Translations under genes and position numbers: made by a program
Source of the DNA: Selaginella moellendorffii
Taxonomy: Eukaryota; Plantae; Lycopodiophyta
DNA length: 64,000 bases
Reading direction: 5' to 3'
NCBI RefSeq assembly: GCF_000143415.4
Contig: NW_003314333.1
Coordinates: forward strand, 880,944-944,943
In this document: piece by piece, positions 35,178-49,559 of the stretch
How the letters are laid out: each line of letters starts with the position of its first letter
Numbering within the stretch: position 1 is the first letter of the stretch
Notes under the pieces: model-generated
The model's database searches: none
Told to the model about the DNA's origin: nothing
Seen by the model: only the letters and a program-made list of their open reading frames with translations

Positions 35178-36377
35178 TTATAAGATGCATCCTATCAGCT
35201 CCTGCATAACGTTTCTAAGATCCCCCTCAGAAGTACGAGTTACATCTGTCGCCTGCAAGACAGAGTTCCAAAAGGCGGCTTAAGAAAAGTGTTAAAAAAA
35301 CTGAAAAAAACATATGGGATGGGTCACTTACACAAGCATGTATGATGAGCAATCGTCGGTTGTCACTCGTATCGGTTATCTGCACATTCCTCACGTCCAT
35401 TCTGAGCATCTGGATCACGCAGCTGAATATCCTCGACAGCAAATTCGGCCTCGCGCTCGCGCAGATTGTGATGAAGGCGTCGGCACCGCACAGATTGAAA
35501 ACCACGTTGGAAGATGACAAGGTCCGGAAGCTCGAGTTGCTGCCTCTCTGAGTGACGAGTATCTCCGAGTCGGAGACCATCTTGTTCTTCGCCTTGTCTC
35601 CGTCACCGCTAGCCTCGGATTGCTGCAAGGCGCTCTTCGCCTTCTCGGACTTTTTCTTGAGAAGTCTTTGCATCTTCTGCTCCAGCGACTTGATATAGGT
35701 GATGGCCTCGTCCACAATGGTGGATTTGTCGGCCTGTTGCAGCAATGGAAAAAACCACTCATGATCGTCAGCAATCTGGGCTATCAGAGGAGAAGAAAAG
35801 CGCGTACCTTGGATGGAACCTTGGGTAGCATCGAGTGTAGAGTCACGAACATGCTTCTCATCTTCTTGCGCCTCTCTCGCTCCGTCCAGATGTGGACTTC
35901 GTGGTCGGGCTCGCCCATCTTGGAAGGGCTGCTGCACAGCGGCGAGGCGGCGCCACCGGTTGTGGTGTCCTGGACGGAGTGGAGGCTGCCGCAATCGCTA
36001 TCGAGCCTCTTTTCTTTCGCCGTGTTCTTGGAGCTGGCCGCCATGTCCACCACTTCGAGAGGACGCTTGACGCCTTTGTGGAGATGATAGTCCAAGCTGG
36101 AGGAGTCGCCCACGGCCTTGCTGGGGAACTGGGAGAAATCCGATGGAGCACGAATCAGGCAGTCCGGCTCAATTTTGCAATGGCTGGATCTTGCGACGAG
36201 GCCGCTCATCTCTATGGCGCTGTCGTGCTGCTGCTGCGGCGCCGCCGAGAGCGATTCGACCACGCCAAAGCGCTCGGGATACATCCCCCAGTCTCGGATC
36301 CGCGCGTCGGCGTCATAGCGAGCGGTGGAAAACTCCGGCACTATCGTGGAGAATGCAGGCAGTATGCAGCTCGCCAT
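35178..36377 (-). CDS. ZOU: bHLH transcription factor of the ZHOUPI/RGE1 (bHLH95) clade with ACT-like C-terminus
   Basis: [22 protein letters not shown]...[19 protein letters not shown] and [23 protein letters not shown]; two introns. Confidence 0.88.
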
Positions 36378-36886
36378 GGCCTTCTTCTGGAGATTTTCTA
36401 TCGGGAAATGCCTGGATCGATCAAAATATCGAGAATGCAGCAGCAAGAAACAAGATTATGGCGGCGTCTGATCAGATCGAACCTCTTCTTCGCGAAAAGA
36501 AGACGACGATCGATTCGAAATCTTCGCGTCGATGCCGCTGCAGTGCTGCAGAACGAAAGGCGCTGCGCCGCAGCGAGCAATGCCGACACAAGATTGCGCT
36601 ACAAGCTCGAATCAGCAACGCTTGAATCGGCAAAGAGAGAAAGAAGATCTAAAAGAGACACTAGTCGCGAAGAACAAAAGAAGAAAGCGCCATCGCCCAA
36701 AGGAGCTTTCCCTAGGCCAAAACAAAGAACACGATCTCTTAAAAATCTCATTACGTACGCGCCCCAGAGTACGGACACTGGAACTTACCAAAGGTCAAAA
36801 GAAAGAGTTTAATCTGGGCGGTAGAACCATTGGAGCAATCTCAGCCACTGGTCTCAACTTTGCATCCCAGCCGTTGGGTTTTCCCG

Positions 36887-37601
<715 letters not shown>

Positions 37602-37688
37602 CTGTAGAAGGAGAACGTAAGCTTCTATTTCTTACTGCAAAAACGACTGCCATCGAATGGAGATTTTTTCTTTGGAAAGTTTTGTGTC

Positions 37689-39281
37689 TCAACTAGGAGG
37701 AGCCTGCGCTGCAAAATCCGGGTACCTCTCTTTCGTCAAGCCGTGAAGCCACCGAGCAAAGACCCCGTCCTTGGCTTCGGTGGAAGCAATGTGGGGATAG
37801 ATCACCTCGGTCTTAAACTCGGCAATTTCCTTCTCGAACGACTTTAGCGAGACCTCTTCGTGGCTTCCCGCGAATCTCTGGTTATACGCAGTGTACAAGC
37901 ACTCGTCGAGGAAGAGGCCGAGCTCCGGTGCCATTGGAACTCCGATCTTCGTGTCCCTGAAAGTTTCCGAAACTTAAAGAGACAAGAAAGAACGAAGAAC
38001 CAAATCTTACCTCCGAAAGGCTCTCTCGAAGATGGTCTCCGGAGCATCACCTCGCATCACCGCCACGGCCAGGCCGATCATCTTGCGGATCTGGTGAAGC
38101 ATGAAGCTCTGGCCGATCACTGTGCACCGGACAAACTTACAGCCTTGGATCGTGAAAACTTCGCCGGCCTCGTACGAGGTGATATACCGCTGCGTGCTTG
38201 GATCCTCCGGCTTGACACGGCACGTAAAGTTGTGGAAGTAGCGAGTCCCAACGTAGTTTTGGAGGATCTTCGTGAGCTTGGCTCGCTCCTCGTCACCGAA
38301 AGTGAATCCGGTCTCGAGATCACTGCTTGTGCAGGTGCAAGTCGGAGTGAATCTGCCGGTGGTAGTGCCGGTGGTGGAAGTGGTGTCTTCCTCTACATCC
38401 TCGCTGGTGATAGCTTCTCCCAGATTGTCTCCCGGATTGGCTGCTTCGATGGTCGGGCTCTCGACTCGGTGGGAGGCCGGATCCAAGGCGAAAACCGGAA
38501 GAACATACTCGTACCTCCGCCTGTCGCAGAGATTCTTGGCACTAAACGTTCCTGTCACCCTCGTGAATCCCAGCACCCGGATCTGCTTTGGGAGATGGGA
38601 GTTGACACGCTCCACAAAGCCAGGCGGATCCACGAAGAACCTCCCGGACACCACTTGGCCTGCGGCACTGACTCCCTTGTCCGTCCTCGCAGCTCTCGCC
38701 CAGTCGATCTTCCTGGGGTCCCCGAAAGTTGACTCCGCGATGGCACCCGCCTTGAACAGCGCTTCCTCGAGATCGCCCTCGATGGTCTTGCAGCCTTTGT
38801 TGCGCTGCATCCCCTGGTAGCCATAACCACTGTAAGAAACGAAGATGGCGATCTTTCTCTTCTTGTAGCGCGCTGGCTTCTTGGCGTCTCTAGTTTCCCT
38901 TGTATCCTGGGAAGCTCCTTGCGAAGCTTGTACTCCATCAGGAACAAAGGCAGCGAGATCATCTTCGTCTATCTTCTTTCGTTTGAGCCCAGCTTTTTCT
39001 TTCTCAATCTCCTCTTCTTTGCCGAGAGTTTCTTCTTTCGCAACCGCTACTATTTCCTCCAGCTCCCCGCTACCTATTTCTTTCTGGAGATCCACACTTT
39101 CTTCCCCAGTACCTCTTAAAGAATTTGGGGCATCAGCGGGAGTAGAATCCCCCTGCTGCTGCCCCTCTTCTATATTTCGGACCTTTAGCTCCATCCCTTC
39201 TGCTATTGCCTCTCTTCCAACCGCTGGGAAGCTTTCTTCACTGGAAATTGTAGCAATGCCGTCGACTGCGCTCGAATCCAT
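37689..39281 (-). CDS. tRNA pseudouridine synthase (TruA family, PUS1-like), one intron
   Basis: YSGYGYQGMQRN, ARTDKGVSA, RRYEY, FHNFT, GQSFMLHQIRKMIG, APELGLFL. Confidence 0.95.
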
Positions 39282-39503
39282 CGATTTTCTCTACACTAGA
39301 CCATGGATTTCCACCAGCGCTGCTTCTGGCGCATACCTGGGAGTGCTGTGATTCAGCCGATCTCCGCGTACCAGACCGCCACACCGCACATTTCCCTAGA
39401 ACCCTAGCCTTCCTTAAACCCTAACCAAATATAGCTCCACATCTGACCGTTGGATTTCCGCTAAACCAAACGTCGAGATCCTAGAACCCTAAAATGCTGT
39501 GCC

Positions 39504-41516
39504 ATGGTTTTGCAGGGGAGGAGATCGTTGGCGATATGGGGCGGAATAACGCTCGCCGCGATCGCGAGGCTGCTTTTACTGATGTCAGGCGCTTCCGCGC
39601 GGCTCAGTCGATCGGTGGAAATCGCTACTCCGGTCACTAGTCTCGTTCGATGTAAGGCTGATTGCTTGATCACGATGAGCTACATTTTCATAGATATTTC
39701 CAGTGGAGGAGGGATTTTGGCTCAAGAAGCTGGGATTGTCTCCTTATGCCGGTGAGAAAACACTTCCTTGTTCCATTTTTCTCTAGCTTGCTAGTTTGCT
39801 ACAGGATCTGTTTATCATGGATCTCCATTGCTGCTGGAAATCATCGGTCCGCTTGGCGCAAATAGGTGAGAGGATATTTCCAAATTTTTCTCAAGGAAAA
39901 GCCAACGTTGTCTCGCTGTGACAGCCCCATTCTTTTTCTTCTTTCGGATTTCGCTACGGCTCTGTTGATAATTCTCATTGGAAAGCGTCTCTCCGCTGCT
40001 CGCGATCACTACACTCGTCTTCTGGAGCTGCCAATACCTTCCCAAGGCAAGAGAAAAGTAAGATTGGAACATTGGAATCACATATTCCATGCTTTTTCTT
40101 ACAGGTGAAACGCTTGACATTGGAGAGATAGCCGCGCTACTCTATCTTTTTAATCCCTTCACAGTCTTTGTCTGTGTTGGAGGATCGACGTCGTCTTTCG
40201 AAAGCTTCGTTGTATGCTTGGCTCTCTACGCTTCGTTAGAAGGTGCGGCATATCAAACGTTGGAATTTATTTTCTTTCTTTCGAAACCATATTTTTCTAT
40301 GCAGGAAATGCTCCGCTTGCTGCTTTTGCGTGGGTGATGGCTTCGCACTTCGCAATGTATCCTCTTGTTCTGTTAATTCCGGTAACTTCACGCACTTTCG
40401 ATCTAGCAACTCACATTCTTTGCGTCTTCTTTTTGAAGATCGCGTCGGCGCTGTGTTGCGGACCAGACAAGCCCCGCTCCAAAATATTCAGGCTAAAGTC
40501 TTCAGAATCTCTGAAGTCCTCGACCAACGTTCAATGGCAAAAGCTCTGGAGCTTTATCCTCTGGTCAGCCGTCTGGTCGTCTTGCGTACTGGGATTGTGT
40601 AACCGGATTCTTCGTCACGATGGAGGTCTCGGAGAAATGCTAAGAGAGTAAGCGTTCTTTTTTTCTCGCTCGTTCTCTTTGGTCGCTTTGAATAAAGCTT
40701 TACATCTTTTGCAGGACGTATGGCTTCATTTTAACTGTCAAAGATCTCACTCCAAACATTGGAGTGTATTGGTACGTAGTCCTTTTGTTTTCTTACTACA
40801 ACTACCTCGCTTCCTCAATCCTTGCTTTCAGGTACTTTTTTACCGAGGTGTTCGACTTCTATCGGTCATTCTTCCTCATGGTGTTTCATGGCAACATATT
40901 TTGCATGATAGCACCACTGTCTATATGCTTCTATCACCGACCGATTTTCCTTTCTTTTATTTTAATGGCGGTTGTCTCGACTCTAAAGTCTTACCCCTCG
41001 GTAAGATGTCTCCTTGCAACTTAAGCGTTCTTATATTGCTTTGCTCAGGTTGGAGACGCGGCGTTGTATTTGGGACTGATGGGCCTTTTTACTCACGAGC
41101 TCTCTGGTCTGTATTCCTTTGGATTTGGATCAGAGGTTTATGGAATTTTTGCTTCAGATTTTAAGTACGCGTTCCTTCTCCTCAATTCCTACATTTGCGT
41201 TGCAGCTCTTGGGCCCGTGATGTTCAACCTATGGATTTGGAGGGTATTTATTTCTTTTCTTGTTCATCAATAATTTCATGCCTCTTTCTTCTTTTCCTTC
41301 TTTTCTTCAGGGAACAGGAAATGCCAACTTCTATTTTGCGACTGCTTTGGCCTATGCGTTTGTCCAGGTAAACGCGGTCTTTCTTTGCTAAGCTAGCTAA
41401 AGGAAACTCGGCAGACAATTTTGATCGTTGAAAGCGTCAACTCGATGCTACGCTTCGAGCGAGGCCTCAAGCTGACAATCAAAACAACACTGTCAAGCTC
41501 TAAGAAAGACAACTGA
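39504..41516 (+). CDS. PIGU: GPI transamidase subunit PIG-U (GAB1), multi-exon, C-terminal KKDN
   Basis: VEIATPVTS, EGFWL...SPYAG..YHGSPLL, YLFNPFT, DLTPNIGVYWYFFTEVFDFY, LWIWRGTGNANFYFA. Confidence 0.95.
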
Positions 41517-44500
41517 AAACCTGTGAGTTACTACAACTTTTACATATTTTTATTGTTTCAAGTGGCCAACAGCTTTTAGAGGCGGCGATCTTAGCACACC
41601 GAATTGGAGATCACTGACGTTAAGCCTTGATTGCTGCCATAAGTTAATCCATATGTGCATAGTACTTGCTACTTGCTATAAACGATTTGCTATGCTCATT
41701 GTTAGAAATAGTATATAAAAACCACCAGACAATTCTGTGGGCAATACATGGCATCTTTAAATTGGACAGTGCCTGCGCAGAGACACAACTGATTTACTTT
41801 ACATTCAAGCTATCAAACGGAACATTTCAGTCTCTATCAACTTTGGCCGAATGAAGTTAACGTGGATTGTTGGGGTCGCAAGCAGAGCCATGCTGTGAGG
41901 GATTGACGATAAGGTTTCTCTTCTTTGAATATTTCCATGTCCACACGTTATGAAGAGGATATTGTCGTTTAAAAGCGAGCTTCATCGATCTGCTTGATTA
42001 TTTTTTTCTTCTTTTTCCACTTCGAAGAATGTCAGAAACAGAAGCATTGCTGCTGATGGTATGCTTCTTACTTGCTCACGCAGCAGCAGATCTCAATGAG
42101 GAGATGAGAGATTTTCTCCGAGACGTGAATCCTCCGTTTGTCATAAATCATACGGTTTGTTTTTTCGTTTTCAGATCCTTGTGAACAGTTATCAAATCGA
42201 GACATCATCCTCTGCGTCCCAATTAAAAATCAACTGTCTCTAAGAAACCAGACACTGCAGCTTCGGGTAAGTTGTCCAACATGGATGAAAACTAATGATT
42301 TCTCGTCTAGCCTGCTCAAATGATGAGCAAACAAGAGCACAATGGATCAGAAAATTCCGGTCAGCTGTTTGGTTTAGAAGTTGGATCGTGCAAGGAAAAC
42401 ACAATACCGGTGTTGCACACTTCGAATACCATAGTCGCAAGATTTGATTCTGTGAGGAAGCTAACCAAAAAACATTCCTCTGGAAAAAATCGAGTGCCAT
42501 TGGCTGATGAAGAACCTGGCGTAGAAACTCATGAGGTACTACAGTAATCTAGCAGGATCTGATCAAAACTCTCAAGAGTTGACAATACTTTGCATGATCA
42601 CGACAGCATGGCTACAACCAGTTGAACGGCAACTTCCAAGGGATGGAAACAACTATAAATGTTTGGGAGCCATACGTGGAACAAACTTCCGAGTTCAGTC
42701 TGTTGCAGTTGTGGATTATCTCAAACAAATTAGGCCCAGGTACTCCATAACACCATCCTTGCCACAGTGAAGCAGGATGGCAGGTGTGTTGAAATTTAGA
42801 TGTTTCTATACTGAACCTTGCTTGAAGGTTTATCCTAATTACTATGGAGGAACTGGGCCTCGACTCTTTGTCTACTGGACGGTAAATCAGATTGGTAATA
42901 AAACCTTTTATAAGCGTTGTCAATGGCAGGCTGATGGCTACAGAAATCAAGAAACTAGGAAAAATATCACAAGCAATCTCTCATGCTAGTAATCTCCATC
43001 AACACATTGTGACTGGACTCATGCTTAAGGATTAGCATGAGGCCTTATGCTAAAGTGCTAAAAAGATTTTGATTTGTCTAGTTTCTTGATGGTAATCTTG
43101 CTCAAATGTCTGTCCATGGGACAAGTAATATTATTATCAAGGAATTGGCAAAAACACCCCATCCATTCCTAAGTGTGAGGCTTTATGCTAATAACCTCCT
43201 ATAGAATTACCTCCACTGCCCCTTTCTTACGAGTCCTCATGCTATTAACCTCCTATAGAATTACTTCCATTACCCCTTTCACTTAGCATGAGGCCTTACA
43301 CTAGGATCCATTCTCTCCCATTTCAAAAATATTTTAAGTAATTCTAATAAGTTCTTTCATGTTTCTAGGCCTAACAATCTAAAACACTTCTACATGAGTC
43401 CATCAAAGTGAAAAGAGGCTGCAACTCCACATAACCACAAAAGTGGACATTAGAGATACAAGATGATGATCTAGTGTTGGTGGATCTTACCAACCCAAAT
43501 AGTCCAATAGTCTATGGGATTGTCATCAAAGAAGAGGAGATTCTTAACAAAGACATGAACAAGGAAGGAGGGCCATTTATACAGAGCTTCAAAAGACATT
43601 CATCAGGAATATTGTTCAAGACTCAGAGTTTATTCTGTCAACTACAATATAGTTTGCAAAGAAGGAATTGATACAACCTTCATTGCTTATGGAATCCTCA
43701 AGGACAGACTAACTTTGTCAAGAGCATTGTTGTTGTGGATAGTCAACAATAGGATTCTAATTGAGAGACTTTTTGATTAGAGGGAAATAGAAAAATTGGA
43801 GCATCCATTCCATGACCTCTCCAACTACAATCCAAATGATAAACATAATGTCAATCAGGTTGTTGATGATAAACATACATTAAGCAATACATCCTCATTA
43901 ACATCAACGTCCAATGATTAGGAGAGTGAGGATGATGAAGACAAGGTACAACACAATGATAATGAAGAGGATAATAGTGAGACAAAAAGTGACAAGTGAT
44001 AAAATTCAAGACAAGAGTCCTTCCTCATCATGAAAAGAAGAAGAAAATGATGATGAACCACCACAGAAGAGGATTAGATGTAAACTTTGGAGCAAGGTTG
44101 CAAGCAATAATGCATGGACGAGCCAAGGACAAAAACCTCCATACAAAGCAAGAAAAAAAAGTGTCACACAATAAATAAACCAAAAGATGGTAGAAATGAA
44201 GGCTCCAAAAAGAAGAGCAAAAGGGTGAAATGATGACAGCACAATTACAATAATAGGGGTGAAAAAAAAGACTAATGTCGACAAGACACCCTTGTTGAAG
44301 TACAAGCACTACTACTTCAATGATCAAACAATCTACAAACTCCTAATGTCTTGGTGCATCATTGATGCAACTCTTTGTTCACAATACCCTCAAAGAGCTA
44401 ATGATTGTATAAGAGAACTCAATGGATCTAGGTGATGCAATCCCAATCACTATGGACAAGGATGGTTAGACATTTGTCGAAAGGATAGGCAAGGAAACAA

Positions 44501-44741
44501 CAAAAAATCCAACAGTCAAATTCATTGTCATGTCTAGGCGGCACTTGACAAAAGCAATGCAAGAGATCTCTTTTGATCTAATATACACGAAGAAGATGCA
44601 GGCAAAATTCTCAATATGATACTTCTAAATCATGAAGGGGTCAACACCACAGGATACCATTATTGAGATATCCAATCTTGTGAACCAGCATAAGAGTAGC
44701 CTCAATGACAATCTTGTACATAGTCGCCACAACTAGAAGAG

Positions 44742-45897
44742 TGTAAGTGACTAATTTTTCCATTCTACTTTAGTTATTTAACCACACCTTTGACCACTTG
44801 GAGGAGTCTTATTCACAACCTCCATAAGTTCAATTCAGAATTTGGGATTTGCTAGATCCAAGAATGGCATCTATGCTACTTAACTTTTGGACTTGGTCCA
44901 AGTGCTTCACATGTTTGATCCCATGATCAACACCCCAAGGTACCACCAACATATTAGCCCGTTACGCTAAGGCCATGCTTATTCACTTTGGTCACATTGG
45001 TGGTCCAACACTACTTGCATCGCAGTCCCATCTCTCAAAGACTGGGCCATCTGTCTATGAAAGACCATCTAAGATCCATTCCCTAGTATCCCACTACCAC
45101 TGGAACAAAGCCCACAAGCCCGACCACTAAGTTCCACTGTCCTTTGGGACTTCCTTACCACATGACCATATCCTTGGTCACTACACTAAAGGACCATTCC
45201 TCTTCCTTTCCATAGTCTAGGACTTTAGGACAATATTTTGGAACATCATGGCCTTATGTAAGCCTCATGGGTACTCTCCCCACTTTCTGCCTTTGGGTGC
45301 TCTAACTATGGGCTTAGAGTGAGGTTCCGTTTAGCCACGCCAGATATCCAAGTAGGTAGTGCCACCCACGCTTGGACTGGGAGCATCAACCATTCAATCT
45401 CCCGGGGGAACTAAAGCCGGCTCTTGAACACTTTACCAAGTTACCCCCCTTATCAATTTGTATTCACTTTAGCTTTGGACTTCCCAGTGGTTATCTCATC
45501 ACCCAACAGCTCAGACACCATCTCGGGTCCATCTCGGACTCCATCTCAGGTCCATCTTAGACTCCATCTCAGGTCCATCTCGGGTCCATCTCGAACTCCA
45601 TCTCAGACTCTATCTTGGGTCCATCTTGGACTCTATCTTAGGTCCATCTCGGACTCCTTCTTGGACACTTTCATATATCATGTGTTGGTCCTCTTGTGTC
45701 CCTTTTCTAGAGACTCCTTTATTGCTCACTTCATGCTTGTTCTTCAAACACTTCGTTGGGAGTTCCACTCCCACTCTCGACCTTTCAAGTTGGAGTTTTT
45801 AGTCCAAACATGTTATGCATATTTGGCTTTCGCTTTAGCCACTACCACATGGCACACTTTTGGCTCCATTTTGGGGCTTAGGGATTTGTGTCTCACA
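44742..45897. mobile_element. LTR-like segment related to the solo LTR at 9769-10910
   Basis: TGTAAG start with a similar following sequence, ends TCTCACA, similar length (~1156 bp), same CATCTCGGACTC-type tandem array at ~45515-45660. No TSD found. Confidence 0.6.
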
Positions 45898-46692
45898 ACT
45901 CTACCACCCATAGATGAATTTCGATGTCTTCATCGAATGATAAATTATTTTATAAAGTAATACTAGTATGTATTACCCTTTCCATCCTTGGCACCTAGCC
46001 AATATTCGTCAATTGTTTGACACTGAAGGCTCATTATGCCTTGTCCATCCTCCAAAAAGCATAATCTCTCTAACATAAAGACTCGATCGACCACCTATGG
46101 TGGTTCTCTCCCTTTCATTGGTTTAGTTTTTACTAAATCTATTTGAGATGCTTCCTCTATCTCAATCCCATTACTTATTCTTGAATAGTCTCAACTTCTA
46201 TTGATATAACCATTTCACTTTAGAACTTTTGACAAAAATTCAACAGTCAAAAAGGAAACTTTGTTACATCCATAGATGTAGTTTAATATGCCAACTATAA
46301 AAGCAAGAAATCTAAAAGATATCAATCAAATGAAGTACCTACATGGCTGCTTGTAAATAATCAAATAGAAGAGAAGGAAATGTTTTAAGAGAGACACCTA
46401 AGCTCAGGCTAAATACATATATATGGATTTACTATATATGACTATACCTGAATTTAAAATAACTGAAATAATAATAATTATGCCTTTTTAAACTAAATTT
46501 CTTAAATAAACTTAAATATGGATTGTTGTGCACTCAACGTCGTCAACACATTATCTATGCCGTTTCCCTTACTGTCACCAATAGAGAATCCAGTCACCTA
46601 CCAAAGGAAAACCAGAATCGTAAGACTCCCTTTGTATCAAAGTCTAGCTGAATCGCACTTGGAAAGCCTCCTTTACCACTAAATACTAGTGA

Positions 46693-49371
46693 TCACATCT
46701 TTCTCGTACACTTTTTGGTATGCCTTACAGCTGCAATCTGCTCGATCATACCAAAATTGGAGCCGATAATAACACTTGAGGCATATATATCCATCGGATT
46801 AGACTTTTGATATGAGAGAGCTGATGAATTGTCCTTGTCCGAGAAAAATACATATCCAAAGTTCGTTCGAGCATACTCTACAAAAAACAAAAATTAAAAA
46901 TAAACGAAAAATGTATAACGTATGGACTTACTTTCATCGCCAGGCTGCTCATTGTCCTTGATAGCAATCAGTCGTCGGACGTCACTCTTAAGATTTCGAA
47001 CGACTTCCGACCAATCCGCAATGGCTGGCTTAAGAGGGTCTCCAGAGCACTTGCTTTGGATGTACAAAAGAAATGGCTCCAAATCAATGCCTTTTACTTC
47101 CTCGAGTATCAGGAAGGTATCAGCCCCGCTGTTCCGAGGTCCACAGATGGCCCAAGTCCCTGACCTTTGAACCTCCTCCTTTGAGCCTGGACTACTGTGT
47201 TTGATCCGAAACCAAAAAACTAAAAACAAGAACATACCTGGACTTAGTTGCTTGATTGAAACTGGAAAAGTGGGGAACCTGAACTTTCGGTTCTTCAGAT
47301 TGTCAGGGATGTACCAATCGCAAGGCAACACATCCGCCAGCATGAAGGTGTCTGAACCCCCCGATAGTAACTGCAAATAACATGTTAGTAACCGAGACTA
47401 TGAAAGACTATGAACGTAGAATTCACATACCTTATGAATGTAGATGCTGAAGATCAGAGACAACAAATCGTTGTCTTCCTTCTGCTTCCAATCATCCGTT
47501 GACATTGTTGTCAAATCAAAAGTTGTAGAGCCAAAAAGGTCCTCCCGCTGGAGTGTTAGCTTATGCAGTAACACAGGTGAAAACTCCACCAGAGCCTTTT
47601 CTTCGTCAAGAACCACAGCCACTACTCCACAACTCTCCAGAGCTTCCCATGTCAAAACATTCTCTCTTGGAAAGGCCTGCAGCAGAATCGGTCCATTCCT
47701 TGAGACATGCTCACGAAGCATCGATGCTTGAATTGCTCGTAAGAGATAAGAAAATCTCTCATCCCCGGCAAAGCCATTGTAATACTTGAATCTTCTGCAT
47801 AGGCTCCACACACGATCCAGAATCTGCCTTACTTTGTCTCTCAGGAAGGGCTCCTGAATTCTCAGCGCAAGGTTGTCAATGTCAAGGGCCATGTCTGGGT
47901 CATCTGAAGCCAAAGCCTGAACCATGAAGGTAATCAACCTCGGATTCCCTCCGCTCAGCTTGCACAACAGCTGCATGCCATCATTTAAAGCATGAAGTTC
48001 TTCACGGTTTGAAGTCCTCAGCACCTTGTTAAAGACTTGCAACACCAGCTTCTCCCGATCGCTGCTGCTGAGAGGGTTGACAGGAATATAAATCACTTCA
48101 GATGATCCACTGTCACCGCTCTCTCTCAAAGATGCCGCTGTGAAAAGGTTGGTCGCTCCGAGCATAGTGACGAACGTTTTGCCACCCACGTTCCTGTACT
48201 TCCAAACTATGAACTGCCGAAACAGTTTCTGAACAAGGACGTTGCTCCTCCCAATCTCATCAAAGAAGAACGACAGGAAAATGTTTTGGTCTCCGAGCTC
48301 GCAGACTTCTCGCAACAAAGCTATCACGTCATCAAACAGGAGGAACTTCTTCAAATCAGGTGCTTCGGTATCAACAACAGCGACAAGCTCTTGGTAAGGA
48401 AAGCGCGTCCAAGTCCCAGTATCTTTTCTGATGTCATCTTGGCCATCTGCTCTAGAAACAGCTGCATGCAAAGTCCTCAGGGCCAAAACCTGAGCATCAC
48501 CCAGCCCGGCCTCGCCATGAAAAGTTGAAATAAAATCATGGTACATGAGCACGTCGAGATGTTCAACGGTGCTCATCATGGCATCCCACGGTCGCACCTC
48601 ATCGGTTGATGTATCGAAAAGTGAGGCAAGTTCTTGAATCCTTAGCCCTGGATCACTCCGTTGCCTTCTCATCTCAATGAGTATTTGTGGGAGTGCCTTG
48701 CCAAGGGATGTTTTTCCCGCACCCGGGAATCCAACCACACCCATTATATGGTGGAGGCGCCTAAACACATCCCAGTCTGTGTGTTGACTGCTCATGAATT
48801 GCTTGTACAACAGCCAGTTACCCCTGAGCAAAGCATCCACAGTCTTCTCTCGTCCAACAATGGGAAACTGCTGCCCGATGTCCTTCAGAGACAAGCCAGT
48901 TGGCAAAGAAGATAATGAATCCCTTTCAAGGCATTTTCTGTACGTGCGGGCATGCTTAAGACGAGGTCCAAAGAGCTCCTTCAGCTTGGCAATCCGATCA
49001 CGGGCGTTTGACCAAACAACTCCACTAGAGGGAATGAGCTGCTGACGGAGCTGCTTCTCCTTCTCCATCCAGTGCTTCTGAAGCTCACGGAGCTGCTTCT
49101 CCTTCTCCATCCAGTGCTTCTCCTTCTCCATCCAGTGCTTCTGAAGCTCACCCTGCGTGGAATCCACCTTCTGGCCAGCGCGCTCCACCTTCTGCTCAAC
49201 CTGCTCAATCGCTTGTTGCACGGCCCTGATCTCCGATTCCACTTCCTCAATCTGCTGCTGAATCGATCGCTCAGGCCCATCCGCCCTTTGCCGCTTCCCA
49301 GCCCTGATATCTGATTCCAATTCTTCCCCATCCGCCCTTGGCCGCTTCCCATGAGACTGCTCTCGCACCAT
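46693..49371 (-). CDS. Crinkler/CR-type protein: N-terminal repeats/coiled coil + STAND/AAA+-like NTPase + PD-(D/E)XK REase domain; about four exons
   Basis: 657-aa first ORF with FPIVGRE, Walker A GFPGAGKT, Walker B FLSFFFDE and GGNPRL. Downstream exons give NSGAD...LLYIQSK nuclease motif. Last-exon splice site is uncertain. Confidence 0.75.
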
Positions 49372-49559
49372 GGCGGAACCCTAACCGAGGTACTCTGATT
49401 TTTAGGGTTCTAGCCGTAGAATGGGACATTGTGCGAGGCGAGCTTCGACTGCATTCGATGTGAGGTTGGTAGAAAACACCTGAAACTGGCATTGAGGTAT
49501 GTTCAGCTGAATCTGTGAAATGGTGTAGACCTTACTGATTTTACCTGCATTCGGGCAGG

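Noticed and set aside
43400-44740. Acidic, coding-like decayed sequence as the element's transposase
   Set aside because: Many stops and no recognisable DDE, HUH or helicase motif by eye; a profile search would be needed.
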